Made by a program: the position numbers and the translations under genes. Of a stretch of 64,000 nt of DNA, positions 10,829 to 21,929 are shown one piece after another (position 1 is the first letter of the stretch; every line of letters starts with the position of its first letter). Below the pieces are notes generated by a model. That model saw only the letters and a list, made by a program, of their open reading frames with translations. It ran no database searches and had not been told where the DNA came from. The DNA is from Novosphingobium sp. (GTDB taxonomy: Bacteria > Pseudomonadota > Alphaproteobacteria > Sphingomonadales > Sphingomonadaceae): contig JANORN010000214.1 in NCBI GenBank assembly GCA_031415355.1, forward strand, positions 5,732-69,731. The letters run 5' to 3'.

Positions 10829-13240
10829 TTAGAACTGGCGTTCCCAACTGACCGCCACACCTTTGTCATCTGGCAAGTCGGCGTAGTGGCCGGGGTCGCG
10901 CCGATAGAACAGGCTGACGAGCGCCGCACCAGACCATAGCGGCCCGCGCCAGGCCAGTTCCCCCGCCACCTCGCGCCCGCGTGGGGTGAGGGCGAACGCG
11001 CGGGTGCCTTCGGTTGCAGTCAGCGTGGCGTAATCGTATGCGACCGGCAGGGTAAAGCGCAGCGCGCCGTGTTCCACCCGCAGCGGCTGGGATAAGCGCA
11101 GCATCAGCGCATCACCGCGCTTGAATATGTTCGACCGTCCGGCATCGAGTGCCCAAGCCGCACTGATCAGCTGTGATGCTTGCGTCAGCGTGCCGCCACT
11201 GCGTGGGCGAGACATGCCCGTCCGGGCCATGCCGCCCAGATACCAGCCATCGCCTGGCTGCCATGTCGTCCGGGCATCCAGGAACAGACTGTTTGTGCCC
11301 ACCGCACCCAGCGCGTCGTGCAACCGCGCGCCCAGTACGCCGGTGTCTTCTTGCAGCCAGCTGGCCCCTAGCGCAGCATCCACTGAACCAAACCGGCGGT
11401 CGAGCGCCAGCCCAAACCGGGCCACGCGCTGTTCGCGCCAGATGGGTTGATCGGCATCGGCGAGCGTAAACGGTGCGGCGCTTTGGGCCCGGGCTTGCTG
11501 CGCGGTTGCGCTTACACCCCATGCCCCCACCTGCTGGCGCAGCGCTACACTCACTTCATCGCGCTGGCGCAGGCCCAGATCATCAAGCGGGCTGCGCGCC
11601 ATCCGGAAGGCTGGTTGCGCTTGGCCTTGAAGCTGCCCCAGCAGACCATCTGCGCCTTGCCGAAACCCAACGGCCAGCGCAGTAGCAGGGCCAAGCTGCG
11701 AGACCGCACGCGCTGCCAGCACCCGGGCCTGCTGGGCGTCAGCAGCGCTGATCCGCAATTGCCCCACCCACGGGGTAAGACCACCACTGGCGCGCCCGTC
11801 AACGGTGAAGGCCAAGGCCAAGGTATCATTGCCCGCGCTGGTCGAACGGCCGGTGTTGGTCAAGGCGGCTGCGAGTTGCGGATAAACCTGGGCGGCGCGG
11901 ACATTGCGGGCCAGATCAACCTGGTAGGCCCGCTGGTAACTGTCGAGGACAATTGCCCCCAAGCCACTGCGTCCAAGGCCGGCATCGCCCATCGGGGCAG
12001 AGGTGACCAGCGTCGTATCGCGCAGCGGCATCGCACCACTTGGTTTGGCCAAAGCGGTTTGGCCCTGCGGTGCGAAAGCAGCCGCGATGTTCAGAATGCC
12101 GCGACCAAAGGTGGCGTCCGTGCCTGGTTCGCCGCCATCGGTGGCGGTCCGCAGCAACAGATCAACCACCTGTGTGCCGGTAAGGTTGGGGAAGGCTTCG
12201 CGCAGCAGCGCTGCTGCCCCAGCGATTTGCGGCGCAGCAAAACTGGTTCCAGAAATTACGAACTGGCTGCGGGTGCCATCGGGGTTGGTCACGATCTTCA
12301 GCACGCCGTTTTCATAGACGCAGCAGACCCGTTCACCGCGGGCGGACAGAAACCAGCTTGCCTCGCGCCCCGCACGATTGCTGAAGGCGGAAAACAATCC
12401 GTCCCGGTTGACCGACCCGGCAATGATCACGCTACCCGTGCCACCCTGGCGGACGTTGACCGCAAAGGTATCGGGATTGTTGGGATCGTCACCGGCTTCG
12501 GTGGAGTCACCATCGTTTCCGGCGGCGACCACGATCACGACGCCTGCATTGACCGCCCGGCCCACTGCACTGCGTGTGGCAAAGCTAGCCGCGCCGCCGC
12601 CCAGCGACAGGTTGATCACCCGCGCCCCGGCCTGCACCGCGCGGTCAATCCCGGCGACGACATTGGCGTCACTAAATTTGCAGCCCTTGTCAGGGTCCGG
12701 ATCGGCGCAAGTTCCTGGGGTATCGGCACGGAACATGGCAATTGTGGAATTGAAGGCGATCCCCAGCACGCCAGTATTGTCGCGCGCAGCGGCGGCGATC
12801 AGCGCCACATTGGTGCCGTGATCCGAATCAGGATTGTCCAGCCCGCGGTCGCCGACCAAATCAACCGAAGCGGATGATAGCCGCCCGGCGAATTCCGGGT
12901 TGTCAGTATCAATCCCCGAATCGACAATCCCGATGGTTACCCCTTTGCCGCTGTATCCGGCGGACCAGGCGGTTACGGCGCTGTGCTGTGCCGATCCGCT
13001 AGAGCGCAGATACTCGCTGGTGCCGGTGAACGCGCTGGAGGGCGTTGGAGTCGGTGCCGGTGTAGGTGCCGGACTCGGCGTTGGGGTAGGTGTCGGACTG
13101 GGGCTAGGACTAGGACTGGGGCTAGGGGCAGGCGGTGGCGCAGGTGTGGAGTTCGTACCACCACCGCCGCAGCCACTCAGCAGCAGCGCCGCAACCGCAG
13201 CAGATCCCAACCAGTGACGGAACGATTGTTCAGACGTCAT
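10829..13240 (-). CDS. S8 subtilisin-like serine protease, lipoprotein with Pro-rich linker and C-terminal barrel-like region
   Basis: LLSGC lipobox; (PS/PT)n linker; catalytic DSG, HGT, GTSFAAP; C-terminal Phe. Confidence 0.9.
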   Translation of the reverse strand: MTSEQSFRHWLGSAAVAALLLSGCGGGGTNSTPAPPPAPSPSPSPSPSPTPTPTPSPAPTPAPTPTPSSAFTGTSEYLRSSGSAQHSAVTAWSAGYSGKGVTIGIVDSGIDTDNPEFAGRLSSASVDLVGDRGLDNPDSDHGTNVALIAAAARDNTGVLGIAFNSTIAMFRADTPGTCADPDPDKGCKFSDANVVAGIDRAVQAGARVINLSLGGGAASFATRSAVGRAVNAGVVIVVAAGNDGDSTEAGDDPNNPDTFAVNVRQGGTGSVIIAGSVNRDGLFSAFSNRAGREASWFLSARGERVCCVYENGVLKIVTNPDGTRSQFVISGTSFAAPQIAGAAALLREAFPNLTGTQVVDLLLRTATDGGEPGTDATFGRGILNIAAAFAPQGQTALAKPSGAMPLRDTTLVTSAPMGDAGLGRSGLGAIVLDSYQRAYQVDLARNVRAAQVYPQLAAALTNTGRSTSAGNDTLALAFTVDGRASGGLTPWVGQLRISAADAQQARVLAARAVSQLGPATALAVGFRQGADGLLGQLQGQAQPAFRMARSPLDDLGLRQRDEVSVALRQQVGAWGVSATAQQARAQSAAPFTLADADQPIWREQRVARFGLALDRRFGSVDAALGASWLQEDTGVLGARLHDALGAVGTNSLFLDARTTWQPGDGWYLGGMARTGMSRPRSGGTLTQASQLISAAWALDAGRSNIFKRGDALMLRLSQPLRVEHGALRFTLPVAYDYATLTATEGTRAFALTPRGREVAGELAWRGPLWSGAALVSLFYRRDPGHYADLPDDKGVAVSWERQF

Positions 13241-13396
13241 GCGATCCTCGCGACCAGCCACGCAACCAAATCGTAGCATATGCCAAGTCAAAGCTGGCGC
13301 AAGGCTTAACGCATCTACGATGAATTCGCTCGCACCGCGCTTGCCGATGCGGTGTCCAGGCGATAGGCGGCAGCGGAACCCCTATCGGAGCGCAAC

Positions 13397-14266
13397 ATGT
13401 CCGCCCAACTCACCGCTGCCAATCGCACTGCCGCCAATCTCGCCGCTGCCATCGATCAAGCCTGGGAGCTGCGCGATACCGTTACCCCCGCCAGCACCGA
13501 TATTCGCGACGCAGTCACCCAGGCACTGGAGCTGCTCGATACCGGGCAGCTGCGCGTGGCCGAACCCGATGGCGCGGGCGGCTGGACTGTCAACCAGTGG
13601 CTGAAAAAGGCGGTGCTGCTATCATTCCGGTTGCACGACAATGTTGTGGTTGATGGCGGCGCGGCGGGCGCTCCGGCCTTTGACAAGGTGCCGAGCAAAT
13701 TCGCGGGCTGGGGCGAAAACCGGTTTCGCGACGCGGGTTTCCGCGTGGTTCCAGGCGCAGTAGTGCGGCGCGGATCGCATATTGGCAAAGGCGTGGTGCT
13801 GATGCCCAGTTTCGTCAATATCGGGGCCTACGTTGGTGAAGGATCGATGGTCGACACCTGGGCCACGGTCGGGTCTTGCGCGCAGATCGGCAAGCATGTG
13901 CACTTGTCCGGCGGTGTCGGGATCGGGGGGGTACTGGAACCTTTGCAGGCTGGACCGGTGGTGATCGAGGACGGAGCGTTCATCGGCGCACGGTCTGAAG
14001 TGGTCGAAGGCGTCCGCGTTTGTGAAGGCGCAGTGCTGTCAATGGGCGTTTATCTGGGCGCATCGACCAAAATCGTTGATCGTGCAACCGGCGAAGTCCA
14101 CATCGGCCGCGTGCCGCCCTATGCTGTGGTCGTGCCCGGATCGTTGCCGGGCAAGCCCTTGCCCGATGGATCGCCGGGGCCGTCACTATACTGCGCGGTG
14201 ATCGTTAAGACGGTGGATGCCCAAACCCGCGCCAAGACTGCGATCAACGAATTGCTGCGCGATTAG
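13397..14266 (+). CDS. dapD: Tetrahydrodipicolinate N-succinyltransferase
   Basis: [42 protein letters not shown]. Confidence 0.97.
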   Translation: MSAQLTAANRTAANLAAAIDQAWELRDTVTPASTDIRDAVTQALELLDTGQLRVAEPDGAGGWTVNQWLKKAVLLSFRLHDNVVVDGGAAGAPAFDKVPSKFAGWGENRFRDAGFRVVPGAVVRRGSHIGKGVVLMPSFVNIGAYVGEGSMVDTWATVGSCAQIGKHVHLSGGVGIGGVLEPLQAGPVVIEDGAFIGARSEVVEGVRVCEGAVLSMGVYLGASTKIVDRATGEVHIGRVPPYAVVVPGSLPGKPLPDGSPGPSLYCAVIVKTVDAQTRAKTAINELLRD

Positions 14267-14437
14267 GCGCTCGCGGCGCGTGGTGGCGGCGATATTTCTG
14301 GTGGGCTGGTCGTTCACTGTGTTCTGCCGTATGGTCATGCCCAGCGACCCCGCTAGATGCGGCCTGCGCCGAACATCAACGCAAGCCGGCTAGATCAGCA
14401 TTATTGCAGCATTGGGCCGCCACCAAGGAGAACTGCC

Positions 14438-14638
14438 ATGCACCGCGAAGGCGAAGAAGTTCACATCGAAACCGACGCGGCGCGCGGCGGTGCTACCCCG
14501 CATATCGTCCGGTATGTGCTGGCGATCAGTCTGGTGTTGGCGGTGGTAGCATTGTCATTGGTGTGGATCGTCGGTGCAACGTCGCGCGATGCCTATCCTG
14601 ACCCGGTCCCGTCGCAGACCGCGACCGCTGCTCCTTAG
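14438..14638 (+). CDS. Small single-TM hypothetical protein
   Basis: AAGGAG RBS; ARGG...VRYVL.ISL followed by a TM helix. Confidence 0.75.
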   Translation: MHREGEEVHIETDAARGGATPHIVRYVLAISLVLAVVALSLVWIVGATSRDAYPDPVPSQTATAAP

Positions 14639-14826
14639 GGCGGCGTGCGGCAAATCTGACCCACCGTGATCGGCCAAACGGGCCCCGCCCTTCGGGTTGC
14701 CGCAGGAAGCCTCTCGGACTGCGTCACGCTCCTTGACCGGGCTCCCGGCCCGCTCGGCGCAGCGTTCCTTGCCGAAAAGCTTCCTGCGGGAATCACGGTG
14801 AGTCAGATTTACCGCACGCCGCTCTA
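14636..14826. mobile_element. MITE-like palindromic element with long terminal inverted repeats
   Basis: tagggcggcgtgcggcaaatctgacccaccgtgat pairs with atcacggtgagtcagatttaccgcacgccgctcta (few mismatches); inner stem ccgcaggaagc/gcttcctgcgg; TA at both ends. Confidence 0.7.
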
Positions 14827-14846
14827 AACAAGGTGTTTGCCCGGAT

Positions 14847-16184
14847 TCAGTAACCGACTGCTTGATCAAACTCGGCCGGATCGCCCGGGTCGTTGGACAT
14901 TGCCTGGCGAGGCATGGTGCTGGGCTTAGGCTGATCCAGCCAGATCCCGCGCGTATCATAGACCAGCTTGGCGGCGCGTTCGGCCAGCGGCACGGCTTTG
15001 AACTGGTCATGATCGACCAGCACGATCAGGATATCGGTGGTTTCCAGCGCGGTATCAATGTCGATCAATTCCGCCGCTGTGTCCGCAAATTCCTTCGGCA
15101 GTTCGGTCGCATAGGGCTCGACGATCTTGATCCGGTCGCCATATTGACGCGCCAGTGTGGCGGCCACGGCGCGCGCCGGGCTTTCGCGGAAGTCATCGAT
15201 ATTGGCTTTGAAGGCCAGCCCCAGGCAGGCGACGGCTTTGCCCGGATTGGCCGCGATCAGCGCCTCGGCGCGGGCGATTACGTGGTGGATCTTGCCATCA
15301 TTCACCCCGCGCGCGGTGCGGATCAGCGGGGTTTCCTCCGGCGCGCCGTGGACGATGAACCACGGATCAACCGCGATGCAATGCCCGCCCACGCCGGGAC
15401 CGGGGGTCAAAATGTTGACGCGCGGATGGCGGTTGGCGAGCCGGATCACTTCCCACACATCCAGCCCCATCTTGTCCGCCACAATCGACAGTTCGTTGGC
15501 AAAGGCGATGTTGACGTCGCGGTAGGCGTTTTCGACCAGCTTGGTCATTTCCGCGCTGCGGGCGTCCGTCGTGATGCAGGTGCCGCGCACGAACCGTTTG
15601 TAGAACGCCAGAGCCTTGCGCGCGCACCGGGGCGTAATCCCGCCGATCGAGCGATCGTTGTTGGTCAGTTCTTCCAGGATTTTCCCCGGTAGCACACGCT
15701 CGGGGCAATAGGCGATCGAGATATCCGGCGTCTCATTGGTCAGTCCCGGGCACTTGAGGTCTGGCCGTAACGCGGCGATCAGATCGCGCAGCTGCTCGGT
15801 CGTACCCACCGGCGAAGTTGATTCGAGGATCACGCAGTCGCCCACCTTCACCACCTTCGCCACGGCTTCCCCGGCGGCGAGCACATAGGACACGTCCGGC
15901 GCGTGATCCGCATCGAACGGCGTCGGCACGGCAATCACGAATACGTCGGCGGGGGCCATCTGCGTGGAAGCGGACAGTAGCCCGCGCTGCACGACGCCTT
16001 GCACCAGCCCGTCCAGATCGACTTCCTCGATATGGATTTCACCGCGATTGATCGTATCGACCACGTGGCTGGAGACGTCGATCCCCAGCACCTGGCACCC
16101 GGCGCGCGCGACAATCGCCGCCGTCGGCAAGCCGATATAGCCAAGGCCGACCACGCAGACCGATGGTTTAACGTCAGATTTCAT
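14847..16184 (-). CDS. wecC: UDP-N-acetyl-D-mannosamine dehydrogenase
   Basis: GLGYIGLPT, CPERVLPG, GVGGHCIAVDP, GLAFK..IDD.RESP. Confidence 0.95.
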   Translation of the reverse strand: MKSDVKPSVCVVGLGYIGLPTAAIVARAGCQVLGIDVSSHVVDTINRGEIHIEEVDLDGLVQGVVQRGLLSASTQMAPADVFVIAVPTPFDADHAPDVSYVLAAGEAVAKVVKVGDCVILESTSPVGTTEQLRDLIAALRPDLKCPGLTNETPDISIAYCPERVLPGKILEELTNNDRSIGGITPRCARKALAFYKRFVRGTCITTDARSAEMTKLVENAYRDVNIAFANELSIVADKMGLDVWEVIRLANRHPRVNILTPGPGVGGHCIAVDPWFIVHGAPEETPLIRTARGVNDGKIHHVIARAEALIAANPGKAVACLGLAFKANIDDFRESPARAVAATLARQYGDRIKIVEPYATELPKEFADTAAELIDIDTALETTDILIVLVDHDQFKAVPLAERAAKLVYDTRGIWLDQPKPSTMPRQAMSNDPGDPAEFDQAVGY

Positions 16185-17301
16185 GCGCGATCAACTCCAC
16201 GATCCGGTGCGCGGTCTGGCCATCTCCAAAGGGATTGTGCGCCCGAGCCATGCTGTCATAGGCCGCCTTATCATCCAGAAGCCTGAAAATTTCGGTAACG
16301 ATCCGAACACTATCAGTGCCGACCAGCCGCGCTGTTCCCGCCGTGACGCCTTCGGGCCGTTCGGTGGTATCGCGCATCACCAGCACCGGCTTGCCCAGCG
16401 CGGGCGCTTCTTCCTGCACCCCGCCGCTGTCGGTCAGCATAATTTCCGCGACCGACAACAGCCGGGCGAAGTGCGGGTAGTCCAGCGGTTCGATCAGCGC
16501 CACATTGCTCAGCCCCGCCAGCGCGCCGTCCATCACCTTGCGGACATTGGGGTTGGGATGGACCGGAAAGATCACCGCAACATCATCGCGCGCGGCAATC
16601 TGGCGGATGGCGCTGGCAATCGCCTCCAGCCCGCCGCCAAAGTTTTCGCGCCGGTGGCTGGTTACGCCGATGATCCGCTTGCCCGCGAACCGCGCTTCCA
16701 GTTCGGCCAGCCCCTGCGCCAGTTCGGGGGCGGCGGCGATTTTCGCGGTGACCCAGTGCAGCGCATCGATCACGGTATTGCCGGTGACATGCACCCGCGC
16801 GGGATCGACCTGTTCGGCGATCAGCGCGCCGGCGGAAACGTCGGTCGGGGCGAAATGCAGGCTGGCGATGGTGCCGATGATCTTGCGGTTCACTTCCTCT
16901 GGCCACGGCTGATAGATATCGCCTGAGCGCAACCCGGCTTCGACGTGATCGACCGGAATCTTGCGGTAATAGGCTGCGAGCGCGCCGGTCATCGCAGTGG
17001 CAGTATCGCCCTGGACCATCACCCGCGCGGGCTGTTCCGCGTCCATCACCCGGCCAAGGTCCGTCAGCAGCGCGGCGGTCAATCCATCCAGCGTCTGATC
17101 AGGCTTCATCAGGTCCAGATCGTGATCGGGCACGATCCCGGCGATCTCCAGCACCTGATCCAGCAGCCCGCGATGCTGCGCCGACACGCAAACCCGGCAC
17201 TCAAACCGCGGATCAGCCTTCAACGCGGCGACAACGGGGAACAGCTTGATCGCTTCGGGACGGGTGCCGAACACGACGAGGATTTTGGCAGGCTCGGTCA
17301 T
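16174..17301 (-). CDS. wecB: UDP-N-acetylglucosamine 2-epimerase (non-hydrolysing)
   Basis: FGTRPEAIK, QGDT, HVEAGLR, HRREN, DSGGVQEE, NPFGDG. Confidence 0.96.
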   Translation of the reverse strand: MTEPAKILVVFGTRPEAIKLFPVVAALKADPRFECRVCVSAQHRGLLDQVLEIAGIVPDHDLDLMKPDQTLDGLTAALLTDLGRVMDAEQPARVMVQGDTATAMTGALAAYYRKIPVDHVEAGLRSGDIYQPWPEEVNRKIIGTIASLHFAPTDVSAGALIAEQVDPARVHVTGNTVIDALHWVTAKIAAAPELAQGLAELEARFAGKRIIGVTSHRRENFGGGLEAIASAIRQIAARDDVAVIFPVHPNPNVRKVMDGALAGLSNVALIEPLDYPHFARLLSVAEIMLTDSGGVQEEAPALGKPVLVMRDTTERPEGVTAGTARLVGTDSVRIVTEIFRLLDDKAAYDSMARAHNPFGDGQTAHRIVELIAHEI

Positions 17302-17347
17302 GGGTTTGGCGCATAGCACAGAGCCGTTAACCATCTGTAGCGTTGAT

Positions 17348-17416
17348 GCTTCGACAAGCTCAGCATGAGCGGGGTTCGAGGCTGTTCATACACAACAACC
17401 GCTCAGCCTGAGCTTG
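17348..17416. repeat. REP-like inverted doublet (second copy truncated)
   Basis: gcttcgacaagctcagcatgagcgggg ... ccgctcagcctgagcttg. Confidence 0.8.
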
Positions 17417-17448
17417 CCCCCGGCCATGCACCGCGCCATCACCCTCGC

Positions 17449-18003
17449 ATGGCGATTCTCAGCGATAAATGGATTCGGGAGCAGGCGCTCGGCAAGGGGA
17501 TGATCGAACCGTTTGTGGAGGCGCAGCGGCGCGATGGGTGTATTTCCTATGGCCTGTCTTCCTATGGCTATGACGCGCGGGTTGCGCCGGAGTTCAAGAT
17601 ATTCACCAATGTAAACAGTTCGGTGGTGGATCCCAAGGCGTTTGATCCGGACAGCTTTGTGGACCGCACCACCGACGTCTGCGTGATCCCGCCCAATTCC
17701 TTCGCCCTGGCGCGGACGGTCGAATATTTCCGCGTGCCGCGCGATGTGCTGGTGATCTGTCTGGGCAAGAGCACCTACGCGCGCTGCGGGATCATCGTCA
17801 ACGTGACCCCGCTGGAGCCGGGCTGGGAAGGCCACGTGACGCTGGAGTTCAGCAACACCACCCCGCTCCCCGCCAAAATCTATGCCAACGAAGGCGCCTG
17901 CCAGTTCCTGTTTCTGCAAGGCAACGAGCCGTGCGAGGTCAGCTATGCCGACCGCGCGGGCAAATACATGGGCCAGCGCGGGGTGACGCTGCCGAAGCTT
18001 TGA
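17449..18003 (+). CDS. dcd: dCTP deaminase
   Basis: [33 protein letters not shown]. Confidence 0.97.
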   Translation: MAILSDKWIREQALGKGMIEPFVEAQRRDGCISYGLSSYGYDARVAPEFKIFTNVNSSVVDPKAFDPDSFVDRTTDVCVIPPNSFALARTVEYFRVPRDVLVICLGKSTYARCGIIVNVTPLEPGWEGHVTLEFSNTTPLPAKIYANEGACQFLFLQGNEPCEVSYADRAGKYMGQRGVTLPKL

Positions 18004-18128
18004 GGGTAATCGTTCCAGGATTCTGACCGCCGTAGCGGCAGGCGAAATAGGTTCGACATCGCCACCGAACTGTGGCCATTTGCCGACCGTAACCGACCCG
18101 CAGATTCGGGCGACAGGAGAGCACTACT

Positions 18129-19313
18129 ATGACGGCCAAAGCTGATCGCCCCTTTGATATCGTGGTTTACGGCGCGACAGGCTATACTGGCCGACTGGTC
18201 GCAGAATATCTGGCGCACCATTATCAAGGCAGCGGTCCAAAGTGGGCGATGGCCGGGCGCAGCGCGGAAAAGCTGGCTGAAGTGCGCGACTTGATCGGCG
18301 CTCCGGCTGATACGCCGCTGATCGTTGCCAATTCCGACGATCCGGCTTCGATGCAGGCTCTGGCCGAAAGCGCGCGGGTGATCCTCACGACGGTCGGCCC
18401 TTACCAGCTCTATGGCGAACCGCTGCTTGCCGCCTGTGTTGCCGCCGGTACCGACTATGCCGATCTGTGCGGTGAACCGGTGTGGATGCGCCAGATGGTT
18501 GATAAATACCACGCGGCTGCCCAGGCCAGCGGCGCGAGGATCGCCTTTTCCAGCGGGTTCGATTCGATCCCGTTCGATCTGGGCGTGCTGATGCTGCAGC
18601 AGGAAGCCGTGGCCAAGTTTGGCGCACCCGCCCCCCGGGTCAAAGGCCGGATGCGCGGCATGGCGGGCAAGGCCTCGGGCGGCACCGCCGCCAGCCTGAA
18701 AGCCACCATCGCTGCAATTGGCGCTGACCCGGCGTTGCTGCCTTACATGCTCAGCCCGTTCGGCCTGACCCCAGGCTTTGAAGGCCCGCCGCAGCCGCGT
18801 GGCGACAAACCGGAATACGATGAAGCGCTGGGCTCATGGTGCGCGCCGTTCATCATGGCGGCGATCAACACCAAGAACGTCCACCGCACCAATTTCCTGC
18901 TGGGGCACCCTTACGGCGCAGACTTTGTCTATGACGAAATGGTGCTGACCGGGCCGGGCGAGCAGGGTGAAGGGATTGCCAAGCACATCGCGGCCAATCC
19001 GATGATCGGGAATGCCGATGATCCCCTGCCCGGCGAAGGCCCGACCCCGGAAGAACGCGAGAACGGTTTTTACGATGCGCTGTTCGTGGGCGAATATCCC
19101 GATGGCCGGACGATCCATTACGGGGTCAAGGGCCGCTATGATCCGGGCTATGGCTCGACCAGCCGAATGATCGCCGAAACCGGGATCGCGCTGCTCTCAT
19201 GCGCAGCAGACGGTGGTCTCTCGCTGCCCGGCGCGCTGCTGGGTGCAGCGCTGGTCCAGCGCTTGCAGGACCATGCCGAGATCACCTTTGCGGTGGAAAC
19301 GGCGGATGGCTGA
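18129..19313 (+). CDS. Saccharopine dehydrogenase-like / trans-acting enoyl reductase family oxidoreductase
   Basis: GATGYTG, TVGPY..YGE, DLCGE, GFDSIPFD, DPGY..TS. Confidence 0.88.
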   Translation: MTAKADRPFDIVVYGATGYTGRLVAEYLAHHYQGSGPKWAMAGRSAEKLAEVRDLIGAPADTPLIVANSDDPASMQALAESARVILTTVGPYQLYGEPLLAACVAAGTDYADLCGEPVWMRQMVDKYHAAAQASGARIAFSSGFDSIPFDLGVLMLQQEAVAKFGAPAPRVKGRMRGMAGKASGGTAASLKATIAAIGADPALLPYMLSPFGLTPGFEGPPQPRGDKPEYDEALGSWCAPFIMAAINTKNVHRTNFLLGHPYGADFVYDEMVLTGPGEQGEGIAKHIAANPMIGNADDPLPGEGPTPEERENGFYDALFVGEYPDGRTIHYGVKGRYDPGYGSTSRMIAETGIALLSCAADGGLSLPGALLGAALVQRLQDHAEITFAVETADG

Positions 19314-19343
19314 ACGGCCTGGGCGAGCGGTTCGCCGCAGCAA

Positions 19344-20597
19344 ATGAACACATCTGAAGTGCTGGAACCCACCCCGGCGGAACCTAGCGAATGGCAAGAC
19401 GGCTGGCGGATCATCCTTGCCTGCGCGCTCGGATCAGGCACCGGCGTGGTGCTGCTGTTCTTCTCGTTCAGCCTGTTCTTGCTGCCGATTATGGCGGAAT
19501 TGCAGGTTTCCCGCGGCGAGTTCGGGACTGTGCAGGCGATGGTGATCGCAGGCGCGCTGGGTGCGCCGGTGATCGGTTGGCTGACCGATCGCTTTGGGTT
19601 TCGCGCGATTTATGTTGTCACCGGGCTGATCGTAATTGCGCTGGAGCTGAGCCTCGCCTTTCTGGTCGATTCGATGCTCAGCCTGGCGGTCTGTGTCGCT
19701 TTGCTAGGCTTTTTCGGGATCGGAACCACCGCACTCACCGCCACGCGCCCGATCACCGCGCATTTCCGGCGAAATCGCGGCAAGGCGCTGGGGTTGGTCG
19801 TAGCGGGCACTTCGATTGCGACGATTCTGGTACCGGGACCGTTGCAGGTGATCATGGAGGCCTATGGCTGGCGCTGGGCGGTTTCATCGTTTGCGGTGTT
19901 GCTGCTGGTGATCGGGATGCCGGCAGTGCTGTTCCTGTTGCCGAAGCATTTAGGCGGACCTGAACCGCGGGCCACGGTAACGCGCGTCGCAACCTACGCC
20001 TATTGGCGCGATGCGTCGTTCTGGTTCCTGGCCCTGGCCGGGGTCTGCGTCGGCGCAGCGACGTCCGGCTTCGTCGGGCAGCTCTCGCCGATGATTCAAG
20101 AAGAAGGCGTAACCGCCGCAACCGCCGCACTGGGTCTATCGATCTTCGCTGCCGGGCAATTGGTTGGCCGGGTGGGCGGCGGCGTGTTGCTGGACACGTT
20201 CCCGCCGCGCCGGGTGGCAATCCTGGCCACGCTGGTGCCTGGCACCGGGTTTCTGCTGCTGTACTTGGTTAGCGGGTCGGTATTTGGCGCGCTGATTGCG
20301 GCATTTTTGATTGGCCTGCTCGCTGGGCTGGAGCTCGACGTCGCGGCCTATTTCGTCTCACGGCTGTTTCCGCTGGCACAATACAGTTCGATTTACGGCG
20401 TGCTGCAAGGAATCGGCTGGATCGGCAATGCGGCTGGCGTGATCGGGGTGGGCTTGCTGCATGATCGCTCCGGGTCATACGGATCGGCGCAGTTGATCGC
20501 GCTGCTGTGCCTGATCATCGCGGCCGGGCTGTTCTTTCAAATCAGATCGTTGAAGGCGGGCATTGCGGCTGGCGCTGATGGACCAGACGTTCAATAA
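19344..20597 (+). CDS. MFS transporter
   Basis: About 12 TM segments; GWLTDRFG motif A. Confidence 0.88.
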   Translation: MNTSEVLEPTPAEPSEWQDGWRIILACALGSGTGVVLLFFSFSLFLLPIMAELQVSRGEFGTVQAMVIAGALGAPVIGWLTDRFGFRAIYVVTGLIVIALELSLAFLVDSMLSLAVCVALLGFFGIGTTALTATRPITAHFRRNRGKALGLVVAGTSIATILVPGPLQVIMEAYGWRWAVSSFAVLLLVIGMPAVLFLLPKHLGGPEPRATVTRVATYAYWRDASFWFLALAGVCVGAATSGFVGQLSPMIQEEGVTAATAALGLSIFAAGQLVGRVGGGVLLDTFPPRRVAILATLVPGTGFLLLYLVSGSVFGALIAAFLIGLLAGLELDVAAYFVSRLFPLAQYSSIYGVLQGIGWIGNAAGVIGVGLLHDRSGSYGSAQLIALLCLIIAAGLFFQIRSLKAGIAAGADGPDVQ

Positions 20598-21894
20598 TCT
20601 GGCTGGCGGTCTGTTCAGTTTCATAGCGTTCAAAGCAGCTGGCCATCCGGTCCAATTGTCTTGCCATGTGCTGATCAGAAAACATGGCTGTGATGGCCGC
20701 CGCAATCCGAGAGGGTTCGATCTTCGCCACTGTTTTTCCAAGACCATGATATACAAAACGTGCTGCAATGCCTGGCTGGTCGGCTCGCGCCGGCAGCAAT
20801 ACTGCCGGGCACCGCGCCGCGATTGTTTCTTTCGCCGAATTTGCCCCGCCATGGAGGATTGCCGCTGATGCCTGGTACAAATTCTGCCTCAAATCGAGCC
20901 AAGGCACGATCCGAACCCGCGCGCCAAACGGACGTGCTTGCGCAGTCAGTTGTTCGGCGTGGGCGACATTTCCTGTGCTGATAACCAGCTGCGCGGCGGG
21001 TAAATGTCGCATGGCTGCAATCACTGCGCCATACCGCGACAGCGCTTGTTGGGCAGGCATTTCGGTGCCGAGCGAGCAGACAATCAAGGGAGTGCTGCGA
21101 TCACGCTGCGCCGACCTTGGAGCGGCCGCCCCTGGACCCAGACAAGGGCCCAGGTAAGCGACGCCTGGGGCGAGCGGGTGGCGCCGCGGAAGATCAAATT
21201 CGCGGGCGTGGGCGATCAACTCTCCAGCGGAATGAAACCGCATATCGATGGGGATCGGACGGCATGACCAATCGGCAGGATCGTGACCGGTTTGTTTGCG
21301 CGCTTGCGTTGCAAGTGAGCGATGGGAAACACCGTGTCGCCACTCGTTCATAACGCATTGCACGCGATAACACCCATACCCCAGCCGCGCATTCAGCCAA
21401 GACAGTTCTGTCCGCGCGCGCGATAGCGGTGTCTGATCAGGCACAATTCCGCTTGTCCACGGCGGAACCAACGGATCGGGGGTCAACAGAGGCTTGGTTG
21501 ATAGGGCAACGCAGGTGCCCAGCCGACACAAAAAAGGATAGGCCCACAACAAGAATGGATCAATCAGTGCCAAGTCCCAAGCAAAATCCTGAAACAGCCG
21601 GGCCGCGTCCGCTGGCGCTGCCGCAAGCCGCGTTGCAACCATCGCCGCAGTTGGCACCAATCCTGGAGGGGCCGCTGATGAGGCCAGCCAAGGCGCAACC
21701 AAGCTGGGCCAACCCGCTTGTGCCATCCGCTCTGCGAATGCCGCATCAGCACAGGCGAATTGCACCACATGCCCGCGCCTCTGCAACTGTTGGGCAAGGC
21801 CTGCCATGGCCCGGAAATGGCCAAAGTGGGTATCAACCAGCAGCAGCAGTCGCAACTGCTGCGCTGTTGGATCAGGAGCATCGCTTCGCTGCAT
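20542..21894 (-). CDS. GT1 (UDP-glucuronosyl/glucosyltransferase-like) glycosyltransferase
   Basis: N-terminal GH catalytic His; UDP-sugar signature W...HGGANS..E.....P....P..ADQP. Confidence 0.85.
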   Translation of the reverse strand: MQRSDAPDPTAQQLRLLLLVDTHFGHFRAMAGLAQQLQRRGHVVQFACADAAFAERMAQAGWPSLVAPWLASSAAPPGLVPTAAMVATRLAAAPADAARLFQDFAWDLALIDPFLLWAYPFLCRLGTCVALSTKPLLTPDPLVPPWTSGIVPDQTPLSRARTELSWLNARLGYGCYRVQCVMNEWRHGVSHRSLATQARKQTGHDPADWSCRPIPIDMRFHSAGELIAHAREFDLPRRHPLAPGVAYLGPCLGPGAAAPRSAQRDRSTPLIVCSLGTEMPAQQALSRYGAVIAAMRHLPAAQLVISTGNVAHAEQLTAQARPFGARVRIVPWLDLRQNLYQASAAILHGGANSAKETIAARCPAVLLPARADQPGIAARFVYHGLGKTVAKIEPSRIAAAITAMFSDQHMARQLDRMASCFERYETEQTASQIIERLVHQRQPQCPPSTI

Positions 21895-21929
21895 TCGCCA
21901 CCACTAAAGCGCAGTCAGAAAAACCATAG

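Noticed and set aside
13040-13150. Hexanucleotide tandem repeats
   Set aside because: They encode the (PS/PT)n linker of the S8 protease; ordinary low-complexity coding sequence.
10829-13240. S8 protease as the cluster's maturation peptidase
   Set aside because: It lies outside the island, separated by dapD/wecBC/dcd; nothing links it to the cluster.
14636-14826. 6S RNA or tRNA
   Set aside because: No cloverleaf or CCA end; TA-bounded terminal inverted repeats between convergent genes fit a MITE better. Not excluded without an Rfam scan.
4361-17416. Repeats as a CRISPR array
   Set aside because: Dispersed inverted pairs rather than regularly spaced direct repeats; no cas genes.
19344-20597. 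MFS transporter as the cluster's exporter
   Set aside because: It appears operonic with the upstream oxidoreductase and converges on the island edge; membership cannot be supported from sequence alone.
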